From Thermodesulfobacteriota bacterium (lineage in GTDB: Bacteria > Desulfobacterota > Binatia > Bin18), in assembly GCA_964291405.2 (NCBI GenBank), contig OZ219926.1, forward strand, positions 1,696,001-1,760,000: a stretch of 64,000 nt of DNA, given 5' to 3'. The notes under the pieces are model-generated. The model was not told where the DNA came from, ran no database searches, and saw nothing but the letters and a program-made list of their open reading frames with translations. This document shows, piece by piece, positions 20,307 through 29,913 of this stretch (position 1 is its first letter; the number at the start of each line of letters is the position of its first letter). A program made the translations under genes and the position numbers.

Positions 20307-20666
20307 GTGAGCCACTTCCCGAATTTCCGTAGTGTGAAAGTGCCGAATCCATATATCCGCGCGGTCTTGTGCGCGAGCCTGATCGTGCTCGGAGCGTCCT
20401 GCTCCTGGCTGCCGTTTAGCAGAGGCTGCTGTGATGAGGATCGCGACCTGGGCGTCACCTATCTTCAGGAGCCGGGACAATTTCAGACCGCAACACCAAC
20501 GTATGGCAGAGCCCGTGACATTGACCCTGGGGCGGGAGAAACCATTACCAAGCCAGGCTTGCTCTCGAAGTATAATCCGTTCAAGGGCTTTATGGACGAA
20601 GACGAAAACGAGCCGGTCGCCTCAAGCGACGACGATGGATTCTTCGGGAATTTATTCCCGTTTTGA
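20307..20666 (+). CDS. Hypothetical lipoprotein
   Basis: Hydrophobic signal ending LGASC; acidic low-complexity tail. Confidence 0.55.
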   Translation: MSHFPNFRSVKVPNPYIRAVLCASLIVLGASCSWLPFSRGCCDEDRDLGVTYLQEPGQFQTATPTYGRARDIDPGAGETITKPGLLSKYNPFKGFMDEDENEPVASSDDDGFFGNLFPF

Positions 20667-20674
20667 TCCCTGCC

Positions 20675-21868
20675 CTAGTGCAGTGGCTTCTCGCCAACAA
20701 GGACGAGGACGCCGGAATACTGGTGGACGATGGCTTGGCGCTGCACGGGAGCAATTTCGCAGCCGGTAAAAAACCCGATAACCGGCACATCGGCCAGGTA
20801 TTGGTTGATATAAGAAGAGTCGATATCGGGAATCCCGTAGAGCCCGCTTCCACGTCCGACACAGTTGAAATAGAGACCAAATGCCGGGCGGCCATGTTGC
20901 CAGCTCCGGTCCTGCGCTTCCAGCTCACGTTTCAGGTCGGTCCGTGCGCCGTTCCCATCGCGTAAGGTGAAGACCAGCTTCTGGCCTTCGACAATCTGGT
21001 CCGCCACCGCAATAATCCCGCGCTCCGGATCAAAGCCCACAAGATTCCGCACGACGTATTCGCCAGGGGCAATATGCTGGCGTTCGGCGTCGACCGGCAG
21101 GCCAACGAAGATATAGGCCGCGGCACGGCGCAGGTCCTCGCGGAGTTGAGGGCTCACACATTCGGCAAAGACCTCAAACGCCGGCCTGCCGTCGAGCTCA
21201 AGGATGAGATTGTTGTGGGCTTTCGTAACCCGATGTACGGGACTCACCGGTTGGCAGGCCTGGGTGATACCAATGGTATAGGTGAATTGGCCGCTCAGCA
21301 GCGCTCCACTTACGGCGTCACTGCTGACCGTGTCTCCGCACAGCTGGAAGGTCTCACCAACACTCCCGTCCTCAGACGCCCCGCCTCCAACAAAAGGCAC
21401 GTCCGAGAGCCCGCCCTCAGCGATTCCGTCAAAGAACGTCTGAGAGTCAAAATTATACGTATCGGGGAAGACAAGGGCGAGATTTTCGGGACCGAGGTGA
21501 GGGGTCAGGCTGGACACGACCTCCCGGCCGACCGTGCGCGCCCGGCCACGCAGTTGGGGAACAAAGAAGCGCTGGGCGGACAGCCTGTCCGAGCGCACGG
21601 CTAACACCGCGATACCCGGCGCGCGTTCCACCTCTCCAGCCGAGGTCAGCACGCCACCGGCACTACAGCCAACAACCTGACTGGCTTGCGTTTCAGTGCG
21701 GACCGTACGCAGAACGCGCCCGTACCCGGCCCCGTGGTGCGCGGTGGCAAAGACCAGGGCAAAGTCAGCGCGATCGCCCCCTGCCTGGCTCAAGGCCGCC
21801 TGGGCCGCTTCCCGCGTGGCCTGTTCGGTATCCGGTTGTTTTGAGAGACCAACTCCAGCAGTGAGCAT
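20675..21868 (-). CDS. FIST N/C domain signal transduction protein (NosP-like)
   Basis: GCSAGG, VGGGA, QACQP, ELDGRPA, FNCVGRG, GFFTGCEI. Confidence 0.9.
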   Translation of the reverse strand: MLTAGVGLSKQPDTEQATREAAQAALSQAGGDRADFALVFATAHHGAGYGRVLRTVRTETQASQVVGCSAGGVLTSAGEVERAPGIAVLAVRSDRLSAQRFFVPQLRGRARTVGREVVSSLTPHLGPENLALVFPDTYNFDSQTFFDGIAEGGLSDVPFVGGGASEDGSVGETFQLCGDTVSSDAVSGALLSGQFTYTIGITQACQPVSPVHRVTKAHNNLILELDGRPAFEVFAECVSPQLREDLRRAAAYIFVGLPVDAERQHIAPGEYVVRNLVGFDPERGIIAVADQIVEGQKLVFTLRDGNGARTDLKRELEAQDRSWQHGRPAFGLYFNCVGRGSGLYGIPDIDSSYINQYLADVPVIGFFTGCEIAPVQRQAIVHQYSGVLVLVGEKPLH

Positions 21869-21888
21869 ACATGCTCCTCACAACCGGC

Positions 21889-22572
21889 CTAGTCCGGTTT
21901 CTTGAGGCCGAGCCGTTCGTAATATTTCTCCGGGACTTTGTCCGGGTCTTTATAAATAATAAAAGAACAGTGCTCTTTTCCGAGAACGGCGGCCGGCTCG
22001 ACCACGACAAAAGGTTTCCCGTTTTTTTCGATGTCAACCAACTCCATCGGCGGCTCGTGGGCACAGTACACGGGAAAGTCGGCACGGTTATAGGTCATCC
22101 GCTGTGGCTTTTCCACCGTATGAAAGGCGTCGGGTCCGTCGTATTTGCCTTCGAGGACCATGCGGCCTCCACTACCGCAGGGACGCATCTGAATAACAAC
22201 CTTTTCCTCATCCTCTTCAATATGCATAGGCTGAAGATGGCCTCGCAGACCGGCAATAAACATCTTGATCTTCCGGGGCAGCTCTTGAGGGTCCTGCGGC
22301 ATTTTTTCCAAATTCGGCAGCCACCAGGCTTTCACGCCGGCCATCATGACCTCTTCCAGCACCTCGTCGCCAAAGCGTTTCCCCACCTCGCTCAGTGTCG
22401 CGGTCGTCCAGTTCCGGTACAGATCGTGCATCCCGAGGAATTCATTATACATGCGCTGCGCAATCTTCTTGGCCTGCTCCGCATCCCCGGCGTCAATGGC
22501 TTCCGTTAAGCGGTCCACCGTTCGTTTTCCCATTTCACGGATTTCTTCTTCGGAAAAAAGGCGCTCACTCAT
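21889..22572 (-). CDS. Hypothetical protein with PCGSGG and YCAH motifs
   Basis: AGGAGG RBS before ATG 22572; MHDLY, PCGSGGR, YCAH and a late Cys suggest a metal or ligand site. Confidence 0.7.
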   Translation of the reverse strand: MSERLFSEEEIREMGKRTVDRLTEAIDAGDAEQAKKIAQRMYNEFLGMHDLYRNWTTATLSEVGKRFGDEVLEEVMMAGVKAWWLPNLEKMPQDPQELPRKIKMFIAGLRGHLQPMHIEEDEEKVVIQMRPCGSGGRMVLEGKYDGPDAFHTVEKPQRMTYNRADFPVYCAHEPPMELVDIEKNGKPFVVVEPAAVLGKEHCSFIIYKDPDKVPEKYYERLGLKKPD

Positions 22573-22695
22573 ACGATCCCCTCCTATCGTGATAAAGCCT
22601 GTCTCGGGATATATCCCAATCCACCATTCCATTGCAAAGCCCTGAGAGCCTGGATACCGTACCGCTGACAACGAACGGAAAGGAAGAGACTGACT

Positions 22696-24756
22696 GTGGC
22701 TCGCGGAGGTGGGGGGCAAAGACGATCATTTGCGCGCACGGCTGGCGTCAAACTGTCGCCCATTAAGGCGATGGAGCTGGCGGCCAGTCGGGTGCCGGAC
22801 GTGGTCTCTCTGGCCCAAGGCATCCCCAGCTTTGACACGCCCGAGCCGATCAAATCCTTTGTCCAACAAAAAATCGCCGAGGGCGAGTGTGCCACCTACT
22901 CGTTGACTCCGGGCTTACCCCAGCTGCGCGAATGCATTGCCGAGTCGCTGCTGCGAGAAGGCATGCACTACGACCCGGACCAGGAGATTATTGTTTCCAG
23001 CGGCTCGATTGAGGCCATTGCCGCGACGCTGCTGACCCTCACCCGCCCAGGAGATGAGATCATTCTGCCTTCTCCCAGCTATGCCTCCTACCAGGAGGTT
23101 GTCCGCATCGCCGGCTGTACCCCGCGCTTCGCCCCACTCCACGAGGAGCAGAATTTCGCCTTTGACGAAGAAGCGTTCGAGGCCTGTCTATCGCCGTACA
23201 CGAGAGCGATTTTATACTGCAACCCGAACAATCCAACCGGAACGGTCTTCTCAGAAGCGGAAACGCGCGCCCTGATTGCGCTGGCCGAACGGCATGATCT
23301 TTTTCTGATTATTGATGAAGCCTATAAGGATTTTGTCTACACGCCAGAAGCTTATTTCAGTCCGGCTCAGGTCGCTGATGTCCGGCAGCGTATTGTGCGG
23401 ATTTTCACCTTCTCCAAAGCCTATGGGATGACGGGCTGGCGGGTCGGCTACCTCCATTCCGACGCTCGGAATGTCCAAGAGATTCTCAAAGTGCACGACG
23501 CCCTGGTGACCTGCGCACCGGTTGTGTCGCAATATGCGGCCTTAGCCGCACTCGAATACGGACACGAACATATTACCTCCTTTCGGCAGGCATTTAAGCA
23601 GCGCCGAGATCTGACGCTCACGCATCTCGATCAACTCTCCCACGTGTTTGACTACCAGAAACCCGAAGGCGCCTACTTTGTCTTTCCCCGGATGAAAGAC
23701 GTGGTTGTCCACGCCCGCGATTCGTACGCCCTTGCCTACGATATTCTGGAAAAGGCAAAGGTTGCCGTTGTCCCCGGCATTGCCTTTGGGCCCAGCGGCG
23801 AGGCCCATATACGGCTGAACTTCGGGCGCAGGCCGGACGATATTACCACTGCCTTCGAGCGTCTCACCGCGTACTTCAGTCCGGCAGCCGCGCGTCGGGC
23901 GCAGCCTACTCAGCACCGTGCAAGCCGGCCAACGGTCTCGGCAGCGGAGCGTATCCCGTCCCCTCCCATCCCCCGTCTCTCGCGTAACCTCTTTTCCTAT
24001 CAGCGTCTGCGTGGCTTCGCTGTCCTGATATTGCGAGCGCTCGCCCGTCTGAGTCTGTGGCGGAGAAATCCCCGGGTGATTGCCATCGCCGGCAGTCACG
24101 GCAAGACCGTTATCAAGCGCATTGTGACCGAGCTCTTAACCCAGCGGTACCGGGTCCAGCCCAATCCCCGTTCCTACAATACCGATATTGGCCTGCCCCT
24201 TGCCATCCTCAACATTGAATTGGCTTCAGTCCGTCTGCGAGACCTCGCGCGCGGCTTCGTCCGGGCGGTCTGGACCGCGCTCTTCAATACCGAGGCGCCC
24301 GACATCCTCGTGCTCGAATTCGGCGTCCGTCATCGGGGCGATATGCAGCAGCTGGTCCGAACGGTGATCCCCGACATTACCATCCTGACAACCCTGACGC
24401 CGAGCTATAGTACCGATGTCGAAGAGTTGCACACGCTCCAGGATGAAATGCGGCAGCTGTGCCTCGCGGCCGGAGCCAACTGTCAGTTTGTGATTGATGG
24501 AGATGATCCCCTGCTCCAGGATGTCATCGTGTCCTTACCCACGCCGCCGCTGCTGCTGCAGCGTTCTGCGTGGAGAGCCGAGAAGAGCGGTCTTCAGCTC
24601 CAGAGCCCCGTCCGGTGTTATCCGGTAACACGGGAAATCATTGGTGAGAATGAGCGTTTTTCGGTCCAGGCGGCCGTAGCCGTGGCCGAGCGCTGGACCA
24701 ATCTGTCCCCCACCGAGATCCAGCGTTTCCTCAGTGAAAACATAACCGAGCACTAA
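22696..24756 (+). CDS. PLP-dependent class I/II aminotransferase fused to a Mur-ligase (MurF-like) central domain
   Basis: NPNNPTG, DEAY, FSKAYGMTGWRVG; then IAGSHGKT, SYNTDIGLPLAIL, LVLEFG. Confidence 0.85.
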   Translation: MARGGGGQRRSFARTAGVKLSPIKAMELAASRVPDVVSLAQGIPSFDTPEPIKSFVQQKIAEGECATYSLTPGLPQLRECIAESLLREGMHYDPDQEIIVSSGSIEAIAATLLTLTRPGDEIILPSPSYASYQEVVRIAGCTPRFAPLHEEQNFAFDEEAFEACLSPYTRAILYCNPNNPTGTVFSEAETRALIALAERHDLFLIIDEAYKDFVYTPEAYFSPAQVADVRQRIVRIFTFSKAYGMTGWRVGYLHSDARNVQEILKVHDALVTCAPVVSQYAALAALEYGHEHITSFRQAFKQRRDLTLTHLDQLSHVFDYQKPEGAYFVFPRMKDVVVHARDSYALAYDILEKAKVAVVPGIAFGPSGEAHIRLNFGRRPDDITTAFERLTAYFSPAAARRAQPTQHRASRPTVSAAERIPSPPIPRLSRNLFSYQRLRGFAVLILRALARLSLWRRNPRVIAIAGSHGKTVIKRIVTELLTQRYRVQPNPRSYNTDIGLPLAILNIELASVRLRDLARGFVRAVWTALFNTEAPDILVLEFGVRHRGDMQQLVRTVIPDITILTTLTPSYSTDVEELHTLQDEMRQLCLAAGANCQFVIDGDDPLLQDVIVSLPTPPLLLQRSAWRAEKSGLQLQSPVRCYPVTREIIGENERFSVQAAVAVAERWTNLSPTEIQRFLSENITEH

Positions 24757-24774
24757 AACCAGGCACGTTCCTAC

Positions 24775-24804
24775 TTGCAATACAGGGCCGACTCGTATTA
24801 TGCT
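24775..24804 (+). promoter_or_regulatory. Putative sigma70 promoter for the CNNM operon
   Basis: TTGCAA - 18 bp - TATGCT, with an overlapping TATTAT. Confidence 0.45.
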
Positions 24805-24814
24805 TTATCCTTGT

Positions 24815-24889
24815 ATGGACGACCCTCCATCTGATGATCCGTGGTCAGAGACTCAACTGCGGCTTCTCCTAGCCAGCCGGGAGGTGTAA
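24815..24889 (+). CDS. Putative 24-aa leader peptide
   Basis: MDDPPSDDPWSETQLRLLLASREV*, in frame with the CNNM gene and ending 9 nt before its ATG. Confidence 0.4.
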   Translation: MDDPPSDDPWSETQLRLLLASREV

Positions 24890-24898
24890 AGCGCACGC

Positions 24899-26248
24899 AT
24901 GGAGAGTCCCTTCCTCGGTCTGCTCATCACACTCCTGCTGGTCTTGGTCAACGCCTTTTTTGTCGCGGCAGAGTTTGCAATCGTCAAGGTTCGCGCGTCC
25001 CAGATCGAACTTCTGGTTCAGACCGGTAGCCGAACGGCCAAGATGGGCCAGTATCTCATCTCCCACCTCGATGCCTCCCTGTCGACGATCCAACTTGGCA
25101 TTACCCTGACTTCTCTGGGGTTGGGCTGGATCGGGGAGCCGATTGTGGCCAAACTCATTATTGAATTTATGCACCTGGTTGGCCTGGAAGCCGACCCGGA
25201 TTTGGCGCGCAGTATCGCCCTGCCGGTTGCCTTTATCCTGCTCACCTTTCTTCTTATTGTCTTTGGCGAACTGGCCCCCAAAGCGCTCGCCATCCAGCAT
25301 TCCCAGTCAACAACGCTCGTCGTCGCCTTTCCGCTGCGGTTTTTTTACCTCATCTTTTCTCCGGCGATTGTGGCCCTCAACTGGACCTCCAACCAGGTGC
25401 TGCGGCTCTTTGGCATTCGGCCGGCGAGCGAAGCGGAGCACTATCACTCGGGCGAAGAGCTACGCTTCCTGCTTGAGCAAGGCCGCGAGGGCGGCACGAT
25501 CGAGGAAGAGGAGCACGAGCTGATTGAGAACGTCTTTGAGTTTGGAGAGACCACTGTGCGGGAGATCATGGTTCCCCGGACCAATATCGCCGCCATTGAG
25601 GTCACCTCCTCCCGCAGTGCCCTGGTCAACCTCCTGGTTGAAGGCGGCTATAGCCGCATACCGGTGTATGAAGATTCACTCGACAATATTATTGGGGTTG
25701 TGCATGCCAAAGATCTCATTACCCTCATGGAACATCGGGATCTGATCATTCTCCGCGACCTCCTCCGGCCCGCGTTCTTTGTTCCGGAGACGAAGCCGAT
25801 CGACGATCTGTTACGGGAGTTTCAACGCCGCAAGGTGCATATTGCCATGGTGGTGGATGAATTTGGCAGTACGGCCGGCCTCGTCACCATGGAAGACGTT
25901 CTTGAGGAGTTGGTCGGAGAAATTCAGGACGAGCACGACAGCGAGAACCACGATATCGAAAAGGTCTCCAATCAGACCTATATCGTCAACGCGGCCCTTT
26001 CCATTGCCGATGTCAACGATCACATTGACGAGTTCGAGCTTCCCGAGGGGAGTGACTACACCAGCGTGGGTGGCTTCATCAATAAATGGCTCGGGCGCAT
26101 CCCCGAGGTCAATGAGATGTTTGAGTACGACGCGCTGCGCATGACCGTCCTCAAAACCGACAACCATCATGTCACCCAAGTCAAAATAGAAAATTTGTCA
26201 GACCTCACGCCCACACCGACCACTTCCCTGATCAAAGAGGAAGCATGA
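24899..26248 (+). CDS. Hemolysin/CNNM family protein (DUF21-CBS-CorC), Mg2+ transport related
   Basis: FFVAAEFA, QLGIT, FGELAPK, IMVPR, YSRIPV, VVDEFG, VTMEDVLEELVGEIQDEHD. Confidence 0.93.
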   Translation: MESPFLGLLITLLLVLVNAFFVAAEFAIVKVRASQIELLVQTGSRTAKMGQYLISHLDASLSTIQLGITLTSLGLGWIGEPIVAKLIIEFMHLVGLEADPDLARSIALPVAFILLTFLLIVFGELAPKALAIQHSQSTTLVVAFPLRFFYLIFSPAIVALNWTSNQVLRLFGIRPASEAEHYHSGEELRFLLEQGREGGTIEEEEHELIENVFEFGETTVREIMVPRTNIAAIEVTSSRSALVNLLVEGGYSRIPVYEDSLDNIIGVVHAKDLITLMEHRDLIILRDLLRPAFFVPETKPIDDLLREFQRRKVHIAMVVDEFGSTAGLVTMEDVLEELVGEIQDEHDSENHDIEKVSNQTYIVNAALSIADVNDHIDEFELPEGSDYTSVGGFINKWLGRIPEVNEMFEYDALRMTVLKTDNHHVTQVKIENLSDLTPTPTTSLIKEEA

Positions 26249-26511
26249 CACCCACGGTGACCTTGTATTCTCGTCCGGGCTGCTGTTTGTGTGACGACAT
26301 GAAAGCGATTGTTGCCGAAGTCCAGGCCGACACGGCTCTCACCGTAACGGAAATCAATATCTCGACGCAGCCGGAACTCGAAGCCCGCTTCGGCCAGGAT
26401 ATTCCCGTACTGTTTATCAATGGCCGCAAGGCGTTCAAATATCGGCTCACCGCCCGAGCGCTGCGCCGGCGTCTGCACCGCTCCGGGGCGGAGGCGAGGG
26501 CGCTGCCATGA
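26245..26511 (+). CDS. Glutaredoxin-like protein (DUF836)
   Basis: LYSRPGCCLC, IPVLFING. Confidence 0.88.
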   Translation: MTPTVTLYSRPGCCLCDDMKAIVAEVQADTALTVTEINISTQPELEARFGQDIPVLFINGRKAFKYRLTARALRRRLHRSGAEARALP

Positions 26512-26846
26512 CGTCGGCCATCGTTGTCCTGGTCACGGTCGGCTCCGAGCAGGAAGCCGAGACCATTGCCACGGCCCTGCTTGAGGAACGCCTCGCCGCC
26601 TGTGTGAACATGACCAGCCCGGTACGGTCGCTCTATCGCTGGGAAGGGCGTATTGCGGACGACCAGGAATGGCAGCTGGTCATCAAAACCCAGGCGCGTC
26701 TCTTTGAAGCCCTGGCGGCGCGTGTCCGCGCCCTCCATTCGTACGACGTTCCCGAGATTATCGCGCTACCCGTTCTCGCCGGGACCACGGACTATGTCGA
26801 CTGGATTCAAAACGAGACCGAGAGCGAGCGTCAACGCGGGTCGTAA
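26508..26846 (+). CDS. cutA: Divalent-cation tolerance protein CutA
   Basis: LAACVN, SLYRWEG, HSYDVPEII. Confidence 0.93.
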   Translation: MTSAIVVLVTVGSEQEAETIATALLEERLAACVNMTSPVRSLYRWEGRIADDQEWQLVIKTQARLFEALAARVRALHSYDVPEIIALPVLAGTTDYVDWIQNETESERQRGS

Positions 26847-26853
26847 CGGACAG

Positions 26854-27696
26854 CTACCATTCGGCCCAGCGGTCGTCTTCTTCGACCACCACGCTTTGCA
26901 GGCCGGCCCGGGCCACGGAGCGGGCCTGGTGCTCGGCCTGGGCACGTGCGGCGAACGGTCCGAGACGGACTTGGTAGTACCGAAACCGTCTGCTTGACAA
27001 CGGACTGATATACACCGACGAGAAGTGTTGTGTTAACGCCTGCTTCAGATTCGACGCTTTGTCCGCATCGGTGTAAGAGCCGACCTGGACGGCGTACAAG
27101 ACGGTGAGCCTGGGAGTCGGAGCGGAGAGCACCTCGATTCGTACCAGCGCGGTCCCTGGGGCATACAGGCCAATACTTTTTGCCGCCGCCAGAGACAGGT
27201 CAATAATACGCCCTGCCACAAATGGCCCCCGGTCGTTGATGCGGACTTCAATCGCCTGCCCATTCTCAAGGTTTGTCACCATCACCTGGGTTCCCAGCGG
27301 CAGGCTCCGATGGGCAGCGGTCAGGGCGTTCTGGTCATAGATTTCGCCGTTTGCCGTTCGCTTCCCGTGGAACCCCGGCCCATACCATGAGGCGATACCG
27401 GTCTGCACAAAACGAGAGGGACGGACCACCGGCTGCGGTTCAAACGGCACCACGGTTCCCGGATCAGACGGCGGCAAGGCGGACGGACTCTTCGGATCGA
27501 TCAGTGGTTCAAGCGTGTCATGGGGAGGAGTAGTGACGGGAGATGCTGGAATAGTGGTCGATGGTTCAGACACAGACTGGAGGGGAACCGCTGGGGCGGC
27601 AGGGAAAAACCGAGCAGGCTGAACCGGCCGCGTTGCCGTACTGCACCCCGCCAGGATGCCCATCAGTATCCATCCCTGCCACCTCCACCCCTGCAT
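26854..27696 (-). CDS. rlpA: Septal ring lytic transglycosylase RlpA with SPOR domain
   Basis: LAGC lipobox, GIASWYG, TAAHRSLP, RINDRGPF, IIDLS; C-terminal VQVGSY/VRLGP. Confidence 0.92.
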   Translation of the reverse strand: MQGWRWQGWILMGILAGCSTATRPVQPARFFPAAPAVPLQSVSEPSTTIPASPVTTPPHDTLEPLIDPKSPSALPPSDPGTVVPFEPQPVVRPSRFVQTGIASWYGPGFHGKRTANGEIYDQNALTAAHRSLPLGTQVMVTNLENGQAIEVRINDRGPFVAGRIIDLSLAAAKSIGLYAPGTALVRIEVLSAPTPRLTVLYAVQVGSYTDADKASNLKQALTQHFSSVYISPLSSRRFRYYQVRLGPFAARAQAEHQARSVARAGLQSVVVEEDDRWAEW

Positions 27697-27805
27697 AGAC
27701 TACGATTATACACACAGGCGACTGGAGCAGACAACGAAGGGTGTCGTCTCACCCTACCCTCCGGTTGCTTGTCCTCGGGGTGTTTCCCGTGTATCATATG
27801 GAGCC

Positions 27806-28510
27806 ATGGCGGGCTTCAATACGCCTTTTCGCCAACTCAAAAAAACGCTCAAACCGTCCATCGCCGAGCGGGCTGCAACCACAGCGACTCTGCCCAGGGG
27901 TACGTCCAACCCGGTTGAAAAGACTGAGGAAAATCCTGTGGACCTCTTCCAGCGGGCTATGCAGGATGTCACCCGGCTCAAGGAGGACGCGCGGGTCAGC
28001 AGCCCTCCACCCACCCTCTCCCCCCGGTCTCCACAAGACAGCGAGAACGAGGCCATTGCCGAGTTATACGATCTGGTCGCCGGGCGGAGCGACTTCGATG
28101 TCACGGATACCGACGAGTATGTCGAGGGCTGTGTCGTTGGCCTGGATACGGGTTTGGTCCGTAAGCTGAGACAAGGAAAATTTGCGCGCCAAGCGGCCCT
28201 GGACCTGCACGGGATGAAGACGGACGAGGCCAAGCCCGAGTTGGAGCAGTTCCTCAACCGGACCACCCAGGCCGGCATCCGCTGCGTCCTTGTCATTCAT
28301 GGACGCGGCAAAAACTCTCCTGGGCAATTCCCGATTCTCAAGGACAAGATGAAACAGTGGCTCACCCGAGGCCGGCTGGCGAAAATGGTGCTGGCCTTTT
28401 CCACCGCCCGTATCCACGATGGGGGCCCCGGTGCCATGTATATTCTCCTGAGACGAAAACGCGGCCAGAAAAAGCCCGTCCTGATGTGGGAGGGAGCCAA
28501 GCGTGAGTGA
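27806..28510 (+). CDS. Smr/MutS2 C-terminal domain protein
   Basis: LDLHG, VIHGRG, DGGPGA. Confidence 0.9.
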   Translation: MAGFNTPFRQLKKTLKPSIAERAATTATLPRGTSNPVEKTEENPVDLFQRAMQDVTRLKEDARVSSPPPTLSPRSPQDSENEAIAELYDLVAGRSDFDVTDTDEYVEGCVVGLDTGLVRKLRQGKFARQAALDLHGMKTDEAKPELEQFLNRTTQAGIRCVLVIHGRGKNSPGQFPILKDKMKQWLTRGRLAKMVLAFSTARIHDGGPGAMYILLRRKRGQKKPVLMWEGAKRE

Positions 28511-29777
28511 AAACCGGCCGGCGGGTCAAAACGGTCAGTCCGACTCTTCCGGCGCTGCTCGGGCGACGCCCCCCATCCAGATTGCGTATATTGGACCGGA
28601 CGGGCAAATTTTCGTGCGCCGCTTTCCGTCAGACACGATCCACCAGCTCACCTGGAGTTGGCAGGACCAGCAAGCACAGTATCCTCCACAGGGTCCTCAG
28701 GATCCGGAGCCGCAGCCTACTCCACCCTCCGTGACTTATTCCTGGCCAACCTGGTCGCCAGACAGTCAACAGCTCGCCTGCTTTGCCCGACAGGGTGAAG
28801 ACGGGCCGGCCAGCGTGTATACGGTTGCCGCCGATGGCGTGGAGTCCTGGGAGCGGGCCAACCTGGGGCAAGGCGCTCCGATTTATGGCAACTGGTCACC
28901 CCAGGCTGACATGTTTACCGTCCTGGTGCAGCGCAGCGACCGCCAGCTTGCGTTAGAAACGATTGGTATAACCCAGCCCGGCAAGACCCGCACCCTGCTC
29001 ACCGGCGCACCGCTTTTCTGGTCGTGGGCTCCGCAGGGGCAGCTTGTGGCGGCGCACGTGGGTGACAACGAAGCCGGGCGGGTTGTGCTGATTGAGGCTG
29101 CAACAGGAAGCATTGTACGGGAGGTCAGCACCAGTCCAGGGACGTTCCGCGTTCCGGTCTGGTCCCCGGACAGTGAGTTACTCACCTATGTGGAACGGGG
29201 GACCGACGGCAACCAGACCCTACGCCTGTTCGATATCCAGAGCGGCGAGAGCGCTCCTGTTTGTCGGGCCAGCGGCATGACCGCGGCGCTGTGGTCACCG
29301 GACGGGCAGGCGCTGGTCTTTAGCAGTACCCAACGCCAGAACTCACTGCTCTCTCCCGCGCTGCATCTGCTCGACCTGTCCACCGGCCAGACTACGACCC
29401 TGCTTGAAACGCCGGTCGCGGGATTCCTGTGGGCTCCACAGGGAACTCACTTGGTCTACCTGAGCGTAGACGTACAACACAGCCAACTCAGGTGGCATCG
29501 ATATGACCGAACAACCGGAGAAAGCCAGGAATTGATCCGGTTTCTACCCAGCAGAGAGCAAACGCTCCAGTTTTCATTTTTCGACCAATATGCGGCTTCT
29601 CATCCCTTACTCGCGCCGGACGGGGCGCTGCTGACATTTACCGGCCATCTTCCCGACGCGGCTGCGCAACCGGCCACGACCGCGCCCACGGTCTACACCC
29701 TGCCCCTCACGCCCCCCTTTACACCGCAGGCCATCGCCTCGGGTTCCTTTGCCTGCTGGAATCTGCGGGCAGGGTGA
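28503..29777 (+). CDS. TolB-like/PD40 beta-propeller protein
   Basis: Repeated WSPD/WAPQ motifs. Confidence 0.8.
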   Translation: MSENRPAGQNGQSDSSGAARATPPIQIAYIGPDGQIFVRRFPSDTIHQLTWSWQDQQAQYPPQGPQDPEPQPTPPSVTYSWPTWSPDSQQLACFARQGEDGPASVYTVAADGVESWERANLGQGAPIYGNWSPQADMFTVLVQRSDRQLALETIGITQPGKTRTLLTGAPLFWSWAPQGQLVAAHVGDNEAGRVVLIEAATGSIVREVSTSPGTFRVPVWSPDSELLTYVERGTDGNQTLRLFDIQSGESAPVCRASGMTAALWSPDGQALVFSSTQRQNSLLSPALHLLDLSTGQTTTLLETPVAGFLWAPQGTHLVYLSVDVQHSQLRWHRYDRTTGESQELIRFLPSREQTLQFSFFDQYAASHPLLAPDGALLTFTGHLPDAAAQPATTAPTVYTLPLTPPFTPQAIASGSFACWNLRAG

Positions 29778-29913
29778 AGGTCCGCTCCTGTGGCCCTCTT
29801 GCAGAAAGCCGGGAGAGCAGATTAGTATCGGGGCACTTTCTGAAAGAGTAAAAATTCAGACCTACTCATCGGAGTTCCACCAACTCAATTGTTCAATTCT
29901 TCAGGCCAAAGTG

